Origin: Polaromonas sp.
GTDB lineage: Bacteria; Pseudomonadota; Gammaproteobacteria; Burkholderiales; Burkholderiaceae_C
NCBI GenBank assembly: GCA_031367325.1
Contig: JANLPQ010000056.1
Span: 2,743 to 66,742, forward strand
Length of the DNA: 64,000 nt
Direction: 5' to 3'
The notes beneath the pieces are model-generated. The model ran no database searches. It worked only from the letters and a program-made list of their open reading frames with translations, and was not told where the DNA came from. The translations under genes and the position numbers were made by a program. This document shows, in pieces, positions 32,676-44,385 of the stretch. Position 1 is the first letter of the stretch; each line of letters opens with the position of its first letter.

Positions 32676-33443
32676 TCATAATCTTGGAATAGACAAAGCG
32701 CCATCCACATGGAGAACGCTTCCGGTCGAAAACCCCAGTTTTCCATCTATTAACGCAGCCACTGCTAGCGCAACATCTGTCGGGTATCCCCAGCGACCCA
32801 TGGGCACTAGGCCGTCGGCAATACGCTTGCTGTACACGGTGGATACGCTTTCTGTCATGGGTGTACGGATAACACCGGGGCGCACTTCAAATACGGCGAT
32901 ACCCAATGGCGCTAGTCTCAAGGCGAACAGCTTGGTCAGCATGCCAAGCCCTGCCTTGGAAACACAGTACTCCGCCCTCTCAATCGAGGCCAAGTCAACG
33001 CTCACCGAGGACACAGTCACTATCGATCTTGGGAAATCACATGCCGTTGTGGTCATATGAAGAGCTACTGTTTGTGTAAAGAAAAAGGTTCCCCGTAAAT
33101 TAACACCCAGCACGCGATCAAATGACTGCGCAGTCACATCCAAAATATCACCTCTTTGGGGCGCTGGAATGCCTGCGTTATTCACCAAGCAGGCTATAGG
33201 TCCACCCCATTGCTGTATTTCATCAACGACACTGCAGTGATCTTCCACGCGGCCAAGATCTGACACAAACAACCTTACGCTAGCGCCACGCCCCTCAAGA
33301 GCTCGTAGCGTTTCTTCGCAATCAGCGCTTTCGATGTCAGTCAATGCCAAGTTAAATCCACGCTCAGCCAGTTCTACAGCTATAGCAGCCCCAATACCTC
33401 GACGTGCACCGGTTACTATTGCCAAGGGGCGCTGCGGGTTCAT
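32676..33443 (-). CDS. SDR family oxidoreductase
   Basis: 255 aa with TGARRGIG cofactor motif and catalytic YCVSK. 4 nt overlap with the upstream GMC gene. Confidence 0.9.
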   Translation of the reverse strand: MNPQRPLAIVTGARRGIGAAIAVELAERGFNLALTDIESADCEETLRALEGRGASVRLFVSDLGRVEDHCSVVDEIQQWGGPIACLVNNAGIPAPQRGDILDVTAQSFDRVLGVNLRGTFFFTQTVALHMTTTACDFPRSIVTVSSVSVDLASIERAEYCVSKAGLGMLTKLFALRLAPLGIAVFEVRPGVIRTPMTESVSTVYSKRIADGLVPMGRWGYPTDVALAVAALIDGKLGFSTGSVLHVDGALSIPRL

Positions 33444-34960
33444 TGGAAAACTTCCTTGCGCAAATGGTTTCCAACACGCAAACCTTGTGCGGCAATGGTC
33501 AAAGCCGGGTTGACTGCCGCTGACGACGGGAAAAATCCAGCATCAACGACATATAAATTGTCGTGATCCCAAGCCTTGCAATTTGTGTCCAATGCAGAAG
33601 TTGCAGGGTCGTTGCCAAACCGTACGGTGCCACATTGGTGTGAAACTACATCAGTACCAAACGATTGGGCTAATACGATGGGATACCCTGTAGCACGTAG
33701 AATTTCTTTGCACTTAGCTACCCAACGACCATGGGCCTTTAGATTGCTGCGATGCCAATTGAGGTTGATGGCACCATCAGATCGGACAGTAACCCGACTA
33801 TCAGGATGGGGTAGGTCTTCACTTTGAGCGTACCAATCTACACTGCGTGATGCCAGTGCCGTGCGAATAAGTTTTGGCACTGATCGCAGCGGCCCGCGCA
33901 ACATAGGTTCACGGATTTTCCCTAGCAATTGGAGGCTACCTAGCGGTGTTGTAATCCCATCGCCACCAAAATAGTAATCGTGCACGGCCAAAGTTTTGGG
34001 GAATTGTGTGTCGTTAATTTTAAATGGATGGATGGCCATTAGCGCGCTGGTGTTGTGGGTCATGTAGTTGCGCCCCACAACATCAGAGCTGTTGGCTAAT
34101 CCTCTTGAGTTACTTGTATTAGCCGATCGCAACAACAGAGCAGCTGAATTAACCGCACCGGCACTTAAAACGAATGTATCTGCCGTAATTCTTTGATTTA
34201 TGCCATTAATCAGAACATCGACAGAAACGATTTTTCTTCCAGCAGGATCCGTCTGCAATTTTCGAACATATGCATTTGAAACCAGCTCGATATTCGAATG
34301 CTTCAAGGCGGGCTGAATTAATATAGTCTCAGCGTCGCCTTTAGCATCAATTTTGCATGGGAATGCATCACAATTTGCACATCGTTGGCATCGTCCTTTT
34401 GGGCCGTAATCCACTGCACTCGGCATAGAAAATGGTGTTAAACCCTGCGCACGCAATCGCTTTGCGATTTGGTCAATCATAGGCTCGTGAGGAATTGGCC
34501 CATGGGAATAAGGGGTGCTGCGTGGTGGATCTGTAGGGTCTACCCCAGCTTGTCCACGTACTCCAAACAAAGACTCTGCTTGGCAATACCAAGGCTCAAG
34601 ATCACCGTATTTGATAGGCCATGCAGGTGAAACACCCTCCTCATGCGTAAGCGAATCAAAGTCTTTTTCACGAAAACGAAACATCGCTGTACCGTAAAAC
34701 TTGGTATTGCCGCCTACGAAGTAAAACATACCAGGATTAAAGGGCCGTTCATTGGCCCACCAAGTCTCATTTGCATGGTAACGACGGTCGCAAAATACAG
34801 CCTCTGGCTGCCAATTTTGCGCCTCTCTGGGCATTACAGGACCACGCTCTAAAACCAATACCCGCGCATTACTACCAGCGAGTTGCAGCGCTACTGAGCC
34901 ACCGCCTACGCCAGAACCAATGATGACCACATCGTATGCTTGGTGTTTCATGGTAATCAT
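33440..34960 (-). CDS. GMC family FAD-dependent oxidoreductase (second, divergent paralog class)
   Basis: 506 aa with YDVVIIGSGVGGGSVA and C-terminal HQCGTVRFG...LYVVDAGFFPSS. 4 nt overlap with the ABC ATPase gene. Confidence 0.85.
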   Translation of the reverse strand: MITMKHQAYDVVIIGSGVGGGSVALQLAGSNARVLVLERGPVMPREAQNWQPEAVFCDRRYHANETWWANERPFNPGMFYFVGGNTKFYGTAMFRFREKDFDSLTHEEGVSPAWPIKYGDLEPWYCQAESLFGVRGQAGVDPTDPPRSTPYSHGPIPHEPMIDQIAKRLRAQGLTPFSMPSAVDYGPKGRCQRCANCDAFPCKIDAKGDAETILIQPALKHSNIELVSNAYVRKLQTDPAGRKIVSVDVLINGINQRITADTFVLSAGAVNSAALLLRSANTSNSRGLANSSDVVGRNYMTHNTSALMAIHPFKINDTQFPKTLAVHDYYFGGDGITTPLGSLQLLGKIREPMLRGPLRSVPKLIRTALASRSVDWYAQSEDLPHPDSRVTVRSDGAINLNWHRSNLKAHGRWVAKCKEILRATGYPIVLAQSFGTDVVSHQCGTVRFGNDPATSALDTNCKAWDHDNLYVVDAGFFPSSAAVNPALTIAAQGLRVGNHLRKEVFQ

Positions 34961-36072
34961 GCGATTAGCTTCTCAGTTTCTGCATCAAAGCACACTAATT
35001 TGGATAAATCCAGCAAAAATCTTGCATCCGCTCCAACCGTAACTCTTGCCTCAGGCTCTAGTCTTGCAGTAAATTCATACCCACCCAAATCCATGACGAT
35101 CAAGGTGTCAGCCCCTGTGGGTTCAATGACCTCAACGCGAGCGGTCACTGCGCGTTGCATGCTTGTTATCGCGACATCATCACGCGCTAGGCTAATGGCT
35201 TCAGCTCGGATGCCAACAATTACTTCTTTACCTAGGTACGCAGCCAAGCCTGCGGGCTTGCTGGGTAGTTCAATGGCGACTTTAGTGCGGTAGTCGTTTT
35301 GCAGTTCAATTACAAATACACCTGCTTGTTCTACCACCCGTCCTTTGACAAGGTTCATTCTGGGTGAACCCATGAAACTGGCTACAAAAGTATTGGCAGG
35401 GCGGTTATACACCTCGCTAGGCGCGCCAAGTTGTTGTACCACGCCACCCTTCATCACGGCAATACGTGTTGCTAGAGTCATAGCCTCAATTTGATCGTGG
35501 GTTACATAGACGATGGTGGATTTGAGCCGCTGGTGTAGTTTCTTGATTTCAGTACGCATATCTAAACGCAATTGCGCGTCAAGATTAGACAGCGGTTCAT
35601 CAAATAAGTACAGCTTAGGTTCGCGCGCTAAAGCACGGCCAATGGCGACCCGCTGGCGTTGACCGCCAGACAGCTGCTTAGGTTTGCGGTCCATCAGGTG
35701 CTCAATTTGCAACAGCTTCGCTACACTTTGAACGCGCTCAGTGCGAATCTCTTTAGCCACCTTGCGCATCTGCAATGGAAACTCAATATTCTTAGCCACT
35801 GTCATATTGGGGTAGAGCGCGTAAGACTGAAAGACCATAGAGATATTTCGCTCTGCAGGTGCCACATCTGTGATGTCTTGGCCATCAAGGCGCAACATAC
35901 CTCCACTGGGTTCTTCCAAACCCGCAATGATGTTCATCAGAGTGCTTTTACCGCAGCCGCTGGGGCCGACCAAAACTAAAAATTCACCATCAGACAAGGT
36001 AATAGAAACATCATGAAGGATTTGTACCGCACCAAAACTTTTTTTAATACTAATTAGATCAAGCGAAGACAT
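34957..36072 (-). CDS. Sugar ABC transporter ATP-binding protein (MalK/UgpC-like)
   Basis: 371 aa with Walker A GPSGCGKST, signature LSGGQRQR, Walker B LYLFDEPLS, and a C-terminal MalK-type regulatory domain. Confidence 0.93.
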   Translation of the reverse strand: MSSLDLISIKKSFGAVQILHDVSITLSDGEFLVLVGPSGCGKSTLMNIIAGLEEPSGGMLRLDGQDITDVAPAERNISMVFQSYALYPNMTVAKNIEFPLQMRKVAKEIRTERVQSVAKLLQIEHLMDRKPKQLSGGQRQRVAIGRALAREPKLYLFDEPLSNLDAQLRLDMRTEIKKLHQRLKSTIVYVTHDQIEAMTLATRIAVMKGGVVQQLGAPSEVYNRPANTFVASFMGSPRMNLVKGRVVEQAGVFVIELQNDYRTKVAIELPSKPAGLAAYLGKEVIVGIRAEAISLARDDVAITSMQRAVTARVEVIEPTGADTLIVMDLGGYEFTARLEPEARVTVGADARFLLDLSKLVCFDAETEKLIA

Positions 36073-36076
36073 GCTA

Positions 36077-36976
36077 TTACCCTTTGACTGAGCCGGCCAT
36101 CAGACCGCGCACAAAATATTTACCAGAAACCATATAGACCACCAATGTCGGCAAGGCCGCAATAAATGCTCCTGCAAAATGCACGTTGTATTCCTTAACT
36201 CCCGTAGAACTGCTTACTAAATTGTTCAGTGCTACCGTAAGGGGGAACGATGTGTAATCGCTGAAAGAAGCCCCAAACAAAAACTCATTCCAGATATTGG
36301 TGAACTGCCAAATGACGGTGACCACGATAATGGGGGCGCTGTTAGGCAACAGAATGCGAAATAGCACACCAAAAAAACCTGCGCCGTCCATGCGCGCAGA
36401 ACGCACCAATTCATTGGGAAACGCAGCATAGTAGTTTCTAAAAAACAGTGTGGTAAATCCAATACCGTAGACAACGTTCACGAAGACGAGTCCTTTTACA
36501 GTCCCAGCTAGTCCTAAAAAACCCAATGTTTTAGCCATGGGTATCAGAACAATTTGAAATGGTATAAAAACAGAAAAAAGCATGGCTGCAAAAATCAAAC
36601 TTGCACCACGCATATTGAACTGGGTCAAGATATAGCCATTGAATGCACCAATCAAAGTTGAGATAATGACTGCCGGCACCACCAGTAGGAACGAATTGAT
36701 AAAGTAAGGTTTCAGCCCTGTGGGCTGTACCCCAATCTGCGCTGTACTCCAAGCAGTCAGCCAAGGCTCAAACGTCCATGCTATTGGCATCGCCATTAAA
36801 TCGCCGCTGCGTATTTCGCCTAAGGGCTTGAGGGAGTTCACCAGCATGACATAGACTGGCAAAATGAAAAGAACAGCCGCAGCGACGAGAATCGCATACA
36901 ACACAAATCGTCCTAAATGCATTGTCCAGCGATTGCTCTTTGAACTGCCTAGCAGTACAGAGGGAGTGTTAGCCAT
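36077..36976 (-). CDS. Carbohydrate ABC transporter permease
   Basis: ORF to 37027. Likely start is the Met of MANTPSVLL (36976), overlapping the upstream permease stop. EAA-type loop SARMDGAGFFGVLFRILLP. Confidence 0.88.
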   Translation of the reverse strand: MANTPSVLLGSSKSNRWTMHLGRFVLYAILVAAAVLFILPVYVMLVNSLKPLGEIRSGDLMAMPIAWTFEPWLTAWSTAQIGVQPTGLKPYFINSFLLVVPAVIISTLIGAFNGYILTQFNMRGASLIFAAMLFSVFIPFQIVLIPMAKTLGFLGLAGTVKGLVFVNVVYGIGFTTLFFRNYYAAFPNELVRSARMDGAGFFGVLFRILLPNSAPIIVVTVIWQFTNIWNEFLFGASFSDYTSFPLTVALNNLVSSSTGVKEYNVHFAGAFIAALPTLVVYMVSGKYFVRGLMAGSVKG

Positions 36977-37835
36977 TTTTAACTTTCCGCATTTCGCTGT
37001 ATAAATAAGGCAGCACCACGACACCAATTGCCACCAGCATCAGTACCGAACTGGCAGCACCTATCGCCATCTCGTTGCGCGTGAATGTGTACTGATACAT
37101 GAACACCGAAGGCAACCAAGTGGAGCGGCCCGGGCCTCCGTTTGTAAGCGCAATTACCAAGTCGTAGGATTTAATAGCCATGTGTGCCAGTATTACAAAC
37201 GATGATACAAATACTGGGCCAAGTTGCGGAATGATGATGTGTAAATAGATCTGCCATGTCTTTGCGCCGTCTAGCCTTGCAGCATTGATTTGCTCTGAGT
37301 CCACACCACGTAAACCGGCTAGAAACATTGCCATTACGAAGCCGGCGGTCTGCCAGACAGCGGCGATGACCACGCAATAAATGGCCATTTCAGAGCTTTT
37401 AATCCACCCAAAAGTGAAATTGTCCCAGCCTAAGCCTTGTATGGTGTGCTCTAAACCCACACCCGGATCTAACAGCCACTTCCAAGCAGTCCCCGTGACG
37501 ATAAAAGACAAAGCCATCGGGTATAAAAAGATAGATCGGAACGCACTTTCAGCCCGAACTTTTTGATCTATCAAAATTGCCAGTGCCAAGCCAATAGCCA
37601 TAGCAAAAACAATATATAAACTGGCAAAAACCCACAAATTCGACAATGAAACTGCCCAGTTTTCCAAGCCGATCAAGCGGCTGTAATTTGCGCTACCAGC
37701 CCACTCATAAGAAGGCATCATCGTAGAACTGGTGAACGACAAATACACAGTGAACATGATGTATCCATACACACATAACAGTACCAAAATAGTACTGGGA
37801 CTGAGCAATAGCTTGGGCAAGAGTCCGGCACGCAT
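36969..37835 (-). CDS. Carbohydrate ABC transporter permease
   Basis: 288 aa multi-TM protein with EAA-type loop AARLDGAKTWQIYLHIIIPQLGP. Confidence 0.9.
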   Translation of the reverse strand: MRAGLLPKLLLSPSTILVLLCVYGYIMFTVYLSFTSSTMMPSYEWAGSANYSRLIGLENWAVSLSNLWVFASLYIVFAMAIGLALAILIDQKVRAESAFRSIFLYPMALSFIVTGTAWKWLLDPGVGLEHTIQGLGWDNFTFGWIKSSEMAIYCVVIAAVWQTAGFVMAMFLAGLRGVDSEQINAARLDGAKTWQIYLHIIIPQLGPVFVSSFVILAHMAIKSYDLVIALTNGGPGRSTWLPSVFMYQYTFTRNEMAIGAASSVLMLVAIGVVVLPYLYSEMRKVKNG

Positions 37836-37871
37836 AACTCAATTCCTTTTCATATTTATTGCAGGGAGAAC

Positions 37872-37899
37872 GTTTACTGCAGCACCTCAGACAGTAAAC
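37872..37899 (-). other. Intercistronic hairpin between the binding-protein and permease genes
   Basis: GTTTACTG / CAGTAAAC 8 bp stem with a 12 nt loop. Outer GAACG (37868-72) / CGTTC (37905-09) could extend it. Confidence 0.5.
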
Positions 37900-37937
37900 A
37901 ACACCGTTCGCTAGGCAGCGTTGTTTAGTTCTTGCGT

Positions 37938-37983
37938 TAGCTACTAGCTACTAGCTATTAGCTATTAGCTATTAGCTCTTAGC
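37938..37983. repeat. Heptanucleotide microsatellite (TAGCTAY, 6 units plus a partial one)
   Basis: TAGCTAC TAGCTAC TAGCTAT TAGCTAT TAGCTAT TAGCTCT TAGC. It overlaps the last two codons and the stop codon of the binding-protein gene (stop at 37972-37974). Confidence 0.9.
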
Positions 37984-39210
37984 AGCCGCGGCTAGCTCTG
38001 TTGCAGCCTTCTTAGCATCTATTTGACCGTTGAAGTTACGTGTAATGACGTCATAGAACGCGTTTTTGATGGATGCCGGAACGGTATGACCTTGCGCCAT
38101 CGAGCCCACTAAAGTATTTTTCTTGTCTGCTTCAGCTAAGTCTTTGATGGCCTTTTTGCCGCAATCGTCAAAAGCTGTATCAGCTACATCAGAGCGTGCT
38201 GGTGCCGAGCCTTTAACGACGTTAAAGGCAGATTGGAATCCTGGGTTTAAAATTGCCGAGGCTAATTTTGTTTGTGCCGCCATCTTGTCAGCGCCAACTT
38301 TGAAGATTGCAAATTGATCTGCGTTAAACGACACAATGCCTTGTGAACCGGGGACTCTGAAGCAAAGGAAATCTTTACCAGGAGATTTTTTGGCCGCTAT
38401 GAACTCACCCTTAGCCCAATCGCCCATGATTTGGAAGGCTGCTTTGCCGCTGATAACCATGCCTGCAGCAACATTCCAGTCGCGCCCAGAAAAATCTTTG
38501 TCTGCATACTGTCGAAGTTGCGCCATGCGCTCAAACGATTTCACCATGGTTGGTGAGTTAAGTGATGCTGGGTCCAAATCAATAAAGGCTTTTTTGTAAA
38601 ACTCTAAACCACCGGTGGACAACACTACACCGTCGAACATAGTGGCCTCTTGCCATGGTTGACCGCCTTGTGCCAGACCAATGAAGCCCGCTTTTTTAAC
38701 CTTGTCCAACGCAGAAATGAACTCTTCCCAAGTTTTGGGTTCCGTTTTAACCCCAGACTTGTCGAGTACATCTTTATTGGCCCATACCCAGTTGGTTGAG
38801 TGAACGTTTACAGGCGCAGCAACCCATTTACCATTGTATTTAGAGAATCTTTGCAATGCTGAAGGCACTGTTTTTTCCCAGCCTTCTTTTGCAGCCAGTT
38901 CACTCAAATCGGCTAGTACGCCTTGCTTTGCCCAGTCCTGAATATCAAACCCAAGCATTTGTACTGCAGTTGGTGGATTGCCAGAAGTTACGCGGGCGCG
39001 TACTGCTGTCATGGCCTGTTCACCACCGCCACCCGCTACCGGCATATCATTCCATTTGACGCCCTCTTTTTCTAAGTTACCCTTAAGAACACCTAAAGCG
39101 GCGGCTTCGCCACCAGAAGTCCACCAGTGCAACACCTCTACGGCTTGTTGCGCCATTGCTGGAGCGCTAACTACGGCCGCTATCGCTAAACTTATAATTT
39201 TCTTTTTCAT
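37972..39210 (-). CDS. ABC transporter substrate-binding protein (extracellular solute-binding family 1)
   Basis: 412 aa with signal peptide [20 protein letters not shown]. First gene of the transporter block. Confidence 0.88.
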   Translation of the reverse strand: MKKKIISLAIAAVVSAPAMAQQAVEVLHWWTSGGEAAALGVLKGNLEKEGVKWNDMPVAGGGGEQAMTAVRARVTSGNPPTAVQMLGFDIQDWAKQGVLADLSELAAKEGWEKTVPSALQRFSKYNGKWVAAPVNVHSTNWVWANKDVLDKSGVKTEPKTWEEFISALDKVKKAGFIGLAQGGQPWQEATMFDGVVLSTGGLEFYKKAFIDLDPASLNSPTMVKSFERMAQLRQYADKDFSGRDWNVAAGMVISGKAAFQIMGDWAKGEFIAAKKSPGKDFLCFRVPGSQGIVSFNADQFAIFKVGADKMAAQTKLASAILNPGFQSAFNVVKGSAPARSDVADTAFDDCGKKAIKDLAEADKKNTLVGSMAQGHTVPASIKNAFYDVITRNFNGQIDAKKAATELAAAAKS

Positions 39211-39317
39211 AAAATATCTCCGATTTAGTAAATAAACAGGGCATCGACTTCGTTAGCCCCAGTGGTATGCCACACGAATATGGCGTGAACATTCAAACTG
39301 CTACCAGTTCAAATGAA

Positions 39318-40838
39318 TTACTTTTGCGCTGCGCGCGGGATGTACCAGTCGGTACGTGACCCTAGGTGCATATGCAATGTTTTGGTTTCTGTGTAATCCT
39401 CGGTTGCAAAGCGACCCAGCTCGCGGCCAATACCGCTCTCGCGGTAGCCCCCAAATGGCAACTCTGCGTGGCCCTCCAGAAAAGTGTTGATCCAAATAGT
39501 GCCCGCCTTAATGCGACGTGCTGCCGTCATGCAAGTATTAAAGTCTTGACTCCAAACTGCAGCAGACAAGCCATACAAAGTACTGTTAGCCAGATCGATA
39601 GCCTCATCCAGAGTTTTAAAAGTCAGTACGGCCAATACAGGGCCAAATACTTCTTCGCGCGCAATGGCCATGTCTCGGGTTACACCAGTCACCACGGTGG
39701 GTTCTATGTACATGCCAATGCCTGCGATACGTGCACCCCCAAGCTCTACTCTGGCTCCCTGCTCTTGAGCGCAGCGAATGTGGGCAAGGATAGTTTCTAG
39801 TTGTCTTTCAGTGGTGATAGCGCCTACTTGAATGCCTGCAAGCAATGGATCGCCTACTTTGACCAACCTTGACCGAGCAATAACCTCTGCTACAAATCTT
39901 GGCGCGATGGACTCTTGCACCAAGATGCGACTGCCACTGTTGCAACATTGGCCCGCATTGAAGTAGATTCCGTAGACGGCAGCATCCACTGCAGCGTCCC
40001 AATCGCAATCTGCAAAGATAATTTGCGGATTTTTTCCGCCCAGTTCCATAGATACTTTTTTCAAGGTGGCGGCTGATTTAGCAACTGCCGCTTTGCCGAT
40101 AGCGGTAGAGCCTGTGAACGACAACATGTCAACATCTGCATGTGTCACCATGACTTCACCAACGATGTTTCCTTGGCCTACCAGTATATTGACTACCCCT
40201 GCAGGCACGCCTGCATCGATCAGGATTTGGCCCAGCATGACGGTGGAGCCTGAAGTAACTTCTGCTGGCTTAACTACGGCCGTACAACCTGCCGCCAAGG
40301 CAAAGGGTAATTTTTGGCTGACGATGAGAAAAGGGAAATTCCATGGAGTGATCACGCTGACCACGCCAATAGGATCGCGCAATACAACGCCTAAAGTATT
40401 TTCACCCAAGGTGTTGTAGCTATCGCCATGCAGATTACGCGCTAACGTCGCAGCGTAGTGCCAAAGGTCTGCGGCTCCTTCCACTTCGGCCAACGATTGG
40501 GCTAGTGGCTTGCCATTTTCTAAAGTCTCAATTTGCGCAATAGTGTGCTTACGTTCAAGAATGAGATCTGCCACTTTGCGCAAAATTCTGGCACGATCAG
40601 CGCCTTTCATGCGAGGCCAAGGGCCGTGGTCAAACGCCTTACGTGCAGCAGCGATTGCCAACTTGGTGTCTGCTGCACTCGCTTGTGCATAGACTGCTAC
40701 CAATTGATCGTGTGCTGGTGATTTGCGTTGCAGTTTACTTCCATCAATAGCATCTACCCATACACCATCAATCAGTAATTTTCCTTCGAATGGTGGACTG
40801 CTAGATAAGTCTGCTGCGGTAAGAGGTAGTGTGCTCAT
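39318..40838 (-). CDS. Aldehyde dehydrogenase family protein
   Basis: 506 aa with catalytic Glu block ELGGKNP and Cys block FNAGQCCNSGSR. Confidence 0.93.
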   Translation of the reverse strand: MSTLPLTAADLSSSPPFEGKLLIDGVWVDAIDGSKLQRKSPAHDQLVAVYAQASAADTKLAIAAARKAFDHGPWPRMKGADRARILRKVADLILERKHTIAQIETLENGKPLAQSLAEVEGAADLWHYAATLARNLHGDSYNTLGENTLGVVLRDPIGVVSVITPWNFPFLIVSQKLPFALAAGCTAVVKPAEVTSGSTVMLGQILIDAGVPAGVVNILVGQGNIVGEVMVTHADVDMLSFTGSTAIGKAAVAKSAATLKKVSMELGGKNPQIIFADCDWDAAVDAAVYGIYFNAGQCCNSGSRILVQESIAPRFVAEVIARSRLVKVGDPLLAGIQVGAITTERQLETILAHIRCAQEQGARVELGGARIAGIGMYIEPTVVTGVTRDMAIAREEVFGPVLAVLTFKTLDEAIDLANSTLYGLSAAVWSQDFNTCMTAARRIKAGTIWINTFLEGHAELPFGGYRESGIGRELGRFATEDYTETKTLHMHLGSRTDWYIPRAAQK

Positions 40839-40873
40839 AGTGATCTTAATTAAATTTAAGTTGCGACTGTTGC

Positions 40874-41653
40874 TTAACGGCCAAGATAATGAGGTTTACG
40901 TTTTTCACGAAAACTGTTGATGCCTTCTGCGGCATCTTGGGTGGTAGCAGCCAATGCCCCTGCCATAGCTTCCAAAGTTGCCGCTGCGTCTTCGCCTGAA
41001 GACGCATTGATTAACTGCTTGGTAAGCTGCATGGAAACAGGGGCTTTGCTGGCCATCTCTTGCGCTAGTTCGTACGCTCTGCCCAGCAGGTTGCTCGAAT
41101 CGACTACCTCGTGTACCAAGCCAGTTCTGAGAGCATCACCCGCATGGAGTCTTTGTCCGCTTAAAGCCAAGTATTTTGCATGGCTTGCTCCAACCAAACG
41201 CACTAATCTTTGGGTGCCCGACCATCCTGGACAGGTTGCAATAGATGCCTCTGGCAATGCAAACTGTGCGCCATCAGACGCTATGCGCACGTCGCCCACA
41301 ATTGCCAGCTCAAGACCGCCTCCAAATGCATGACCATTGATAGCGCTAATCACTGGCTGGCGCAGCCGTGCCCATTGGTCAAATACTTGGTGACCACGGC
41401 GCACCCAGTTACGCCACATGTCCAGCGGCTCTAGCGAAGCCCACTCGTTGATGTCAGCACCTACACAAAATGCTTTGTTGCCCGATCCCGTCAAGATGAT
41501 GACTCGCACCACGGCATCTGCCTCCAGTTCACGGGCGCAGTTCTCTAGCTGGTTCAGCATCGCAGATGTCAAGCTATTGAGCTTGGCTGGCCGGTTCAAT
41601 GTCACTGTTGCAATCTCGCCATCACAGACCAGTTCAATGAATTTTTCAACCAT
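40874..41653 (-). CDS. Enoyl-CoA hydratase/isomerase family protein
   Basis: 259 aa crotonase fold (FCVGADI, INGHAFGGGLELA). 8 nt overlap with the CoA-transferase gene. Confidence 0.9.
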   Translation of the reverse strand: MVEKFIELVCDGEIATVTLNRPAKLNSLTSAMLNQLENCARELEADAVVRVIILTGSGNKAFCVGADINEWASLEPLDMWRNWVRRGHQVFDQWARLRQPVISAINGHAFGGGLELAIVGDVRIASDGAQFALPEASIATCPGWSGTQRLVRLVGASHAKYLALSGQRLHAGDALRTGLVHEVVDSSNLLGRAYELAQEMASKAPVSMQLTKQLINASSGEDAAATLEAMAGALAATTQDAAEGINSFREKRKPHYLGR

Positions 41654-43244
41654 GATGGGCCTTATGAGGTTTAAGTGTTAGCCCAAAAGGTATGTCACGG
41701 TACAGTGCTGCGTCCATGAGGCACAGATTGGGACTGACACGCAGTGACATATCTGCTTGGTCAAGCACATCACGCTGCAAATCTATGCCTGGCGCAATTT
41801 CACGGATTACCAGTGCGTCATGTTCAAGGTCGATCACACAACGCTCAGTCACATACGTCACTCTTTGGCCGCGCTGTCTACCGATCACGCCACTGAAGGT
41901 AATGTGCCCAGAAGTTTTAACAAACTTTCGCGTTTTTCCCTCTTTGATAATGGTCAGCTTGCCATCGCCCACTTGGAGCTCGGCGCCTGCTGTAAAGAAA
42001 CCCGAAAATACGATGTGACGCGCATGGGCTGATATGTCTACAAATCCGCCGCAGCCAGCAGTGAGGTAAGGTTTAGCCTCTAGCTTGGACACATTGACAC
42101 TGCCGTTTTCATCGACTTGCAAGAACGACAGCAAGGTGGTGTCAAACCCAGCGCCTTGAAAATAGGTAAACTGATATGGCGAAGCCATGATGGCATCCGC
42201 ATTTGATGCACAGCCAAATGCAAACCCTAGCAACGGCATACCGCCTACGGCACCTTGCTCGATTGTCCAAGTAACTTGTCCGTGCAAACCTTCTTCTAAA
42301 AGGATGCGCGGCACGTTGGCCGATATGCCGAACCCCAGGTTTACTGCCGAGCCTTGGGCCAATTCCATAGCGGCTCTTCGTGCAATGACCTTCTCGGGTC
42401 CAAAAGCTTGCATTTCAAATGATTGCAATGGCTGCGCAATCTCGCCACTGATCGCAGGGTCGTAGGGGGTTTGGGTGGTTTGCCACTGGTCTGGGTCCAC
42501 CACAATGAAATCCACCAAGTTGCACGGTATGCGCACATCGTGCGGGCGCAGGCTGCCCGCTTTCACCAAGCGCTTAACCTGCGCTATGACAATGCCGCCG
42601 TTGTTGCGCGCAGCAAGCGCTTGGTCTAACCCACCCAACAACGCACCTTCGTGTTCGTAGGTTAAATTACCGTTTTCGTCAGCTGTGGTGGCCCGAATGA
42701 TGGCGACATGGGGTGCAATTGCGGGGAAATACAGCCACTCCTGGCCATCAAAATTTTCTTTACGCACAACGGGTTTGGCCGCTGCCGCTGCATTCATCGC
42801 GCAACCTTGAAAGGCGGGATCGACAAAGGTACCTAAGCCGATTTTGGTCAATACCCCCGGCCGTTTTGCAGCGGCATCGCGGTGCATGTCAAACAGTATG
42901 CCGCTGGGGATGTTGTAAGCTTCTATTTGATTGTCTACCACCATACGCCATATGGCGGGCATGGGCATGGATGACGGCCCACTAGGGTAGGAGCCTGCCA
43001 GCACACGGCTGAGTAGACCGGGCTTGGCAATATGGTCAATGCCCTTGATGCCATACATGTCACCTGCAGCGATGGGGTTGAGCGAAGTGAGATTGCTAGG
43101 CGCACCCTCTGCATCAAAGCGCTCGCCCAAGGCTTGTAGCACCTTGTCTGGACAGCCCAAGCCACTACTCGAGCTAATGCTGACGACATCGTTATTTTTG
43201 ATTAACTGAGCAGCTTGGGCTGCTGTAATGACCTTGTTTTTCAC
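41646..43244 (-). CDS. Acyl-CoA:acetate/3-ketoacid CoA-transferase (fused family I, YdiF-like)
   Basis: 532 aa with fused alpha/beta halves and a catalytic-Glu-type motif VDENGSVNVS. Confidence 0.8.
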   Translation of the reverse strand: MKNKVITAAQAAQLIKNNDVVSISSSSGLGCPDKVLQALGERFDAEGAPSNLTSLNPIAAGDMYGIKGIDHIAKPGLLSRVLAGSYPSGPSSMPMPAIWRMVVDNQIEAYNIPSGILFDMHRDAAAKRPGVLTKIGLGTFVDPAFQGCAMNAAAAAKPVVRKENFDGQEWLYFPAIAPHVAIIRATTADENGNLTYEHEGALLGGLDQALAARNNGGIVIAQVKRLVKAGSLRPHDVRIPCNLVDFIVVDPDQWQTTQTPYDPAISGEIAQPLQSFEMQAFGPEKVIARRAAMELAQGSAVNLGFGISANVPRILLEEGLHGQVTWTIEQGAVGGMPLLGFAFGCASNADAIMASPYQFTYFQGAGFDTTLLSFLQVDENGSVNVSKLEAKPYLTAGCGGFVDISAHARHIVFSGFFTAGAELQVGDGKLTIIKEGKTRKFVKTSGHITFSGVIGRQRGQRVTYVTERCVIDLEHDALVIREIAPGIDLQRDVLDQADMSLRVSPNLCLMDAALYRDIPFGLTLKPHKAHHG

Positions 43245-43256
43245 CCTGAGCTCCGT

Positions 43257-44363
<1,107 letters not shown>

Positions 44364-44385
44364 CTAGGGAAAACACCTAAACGCT

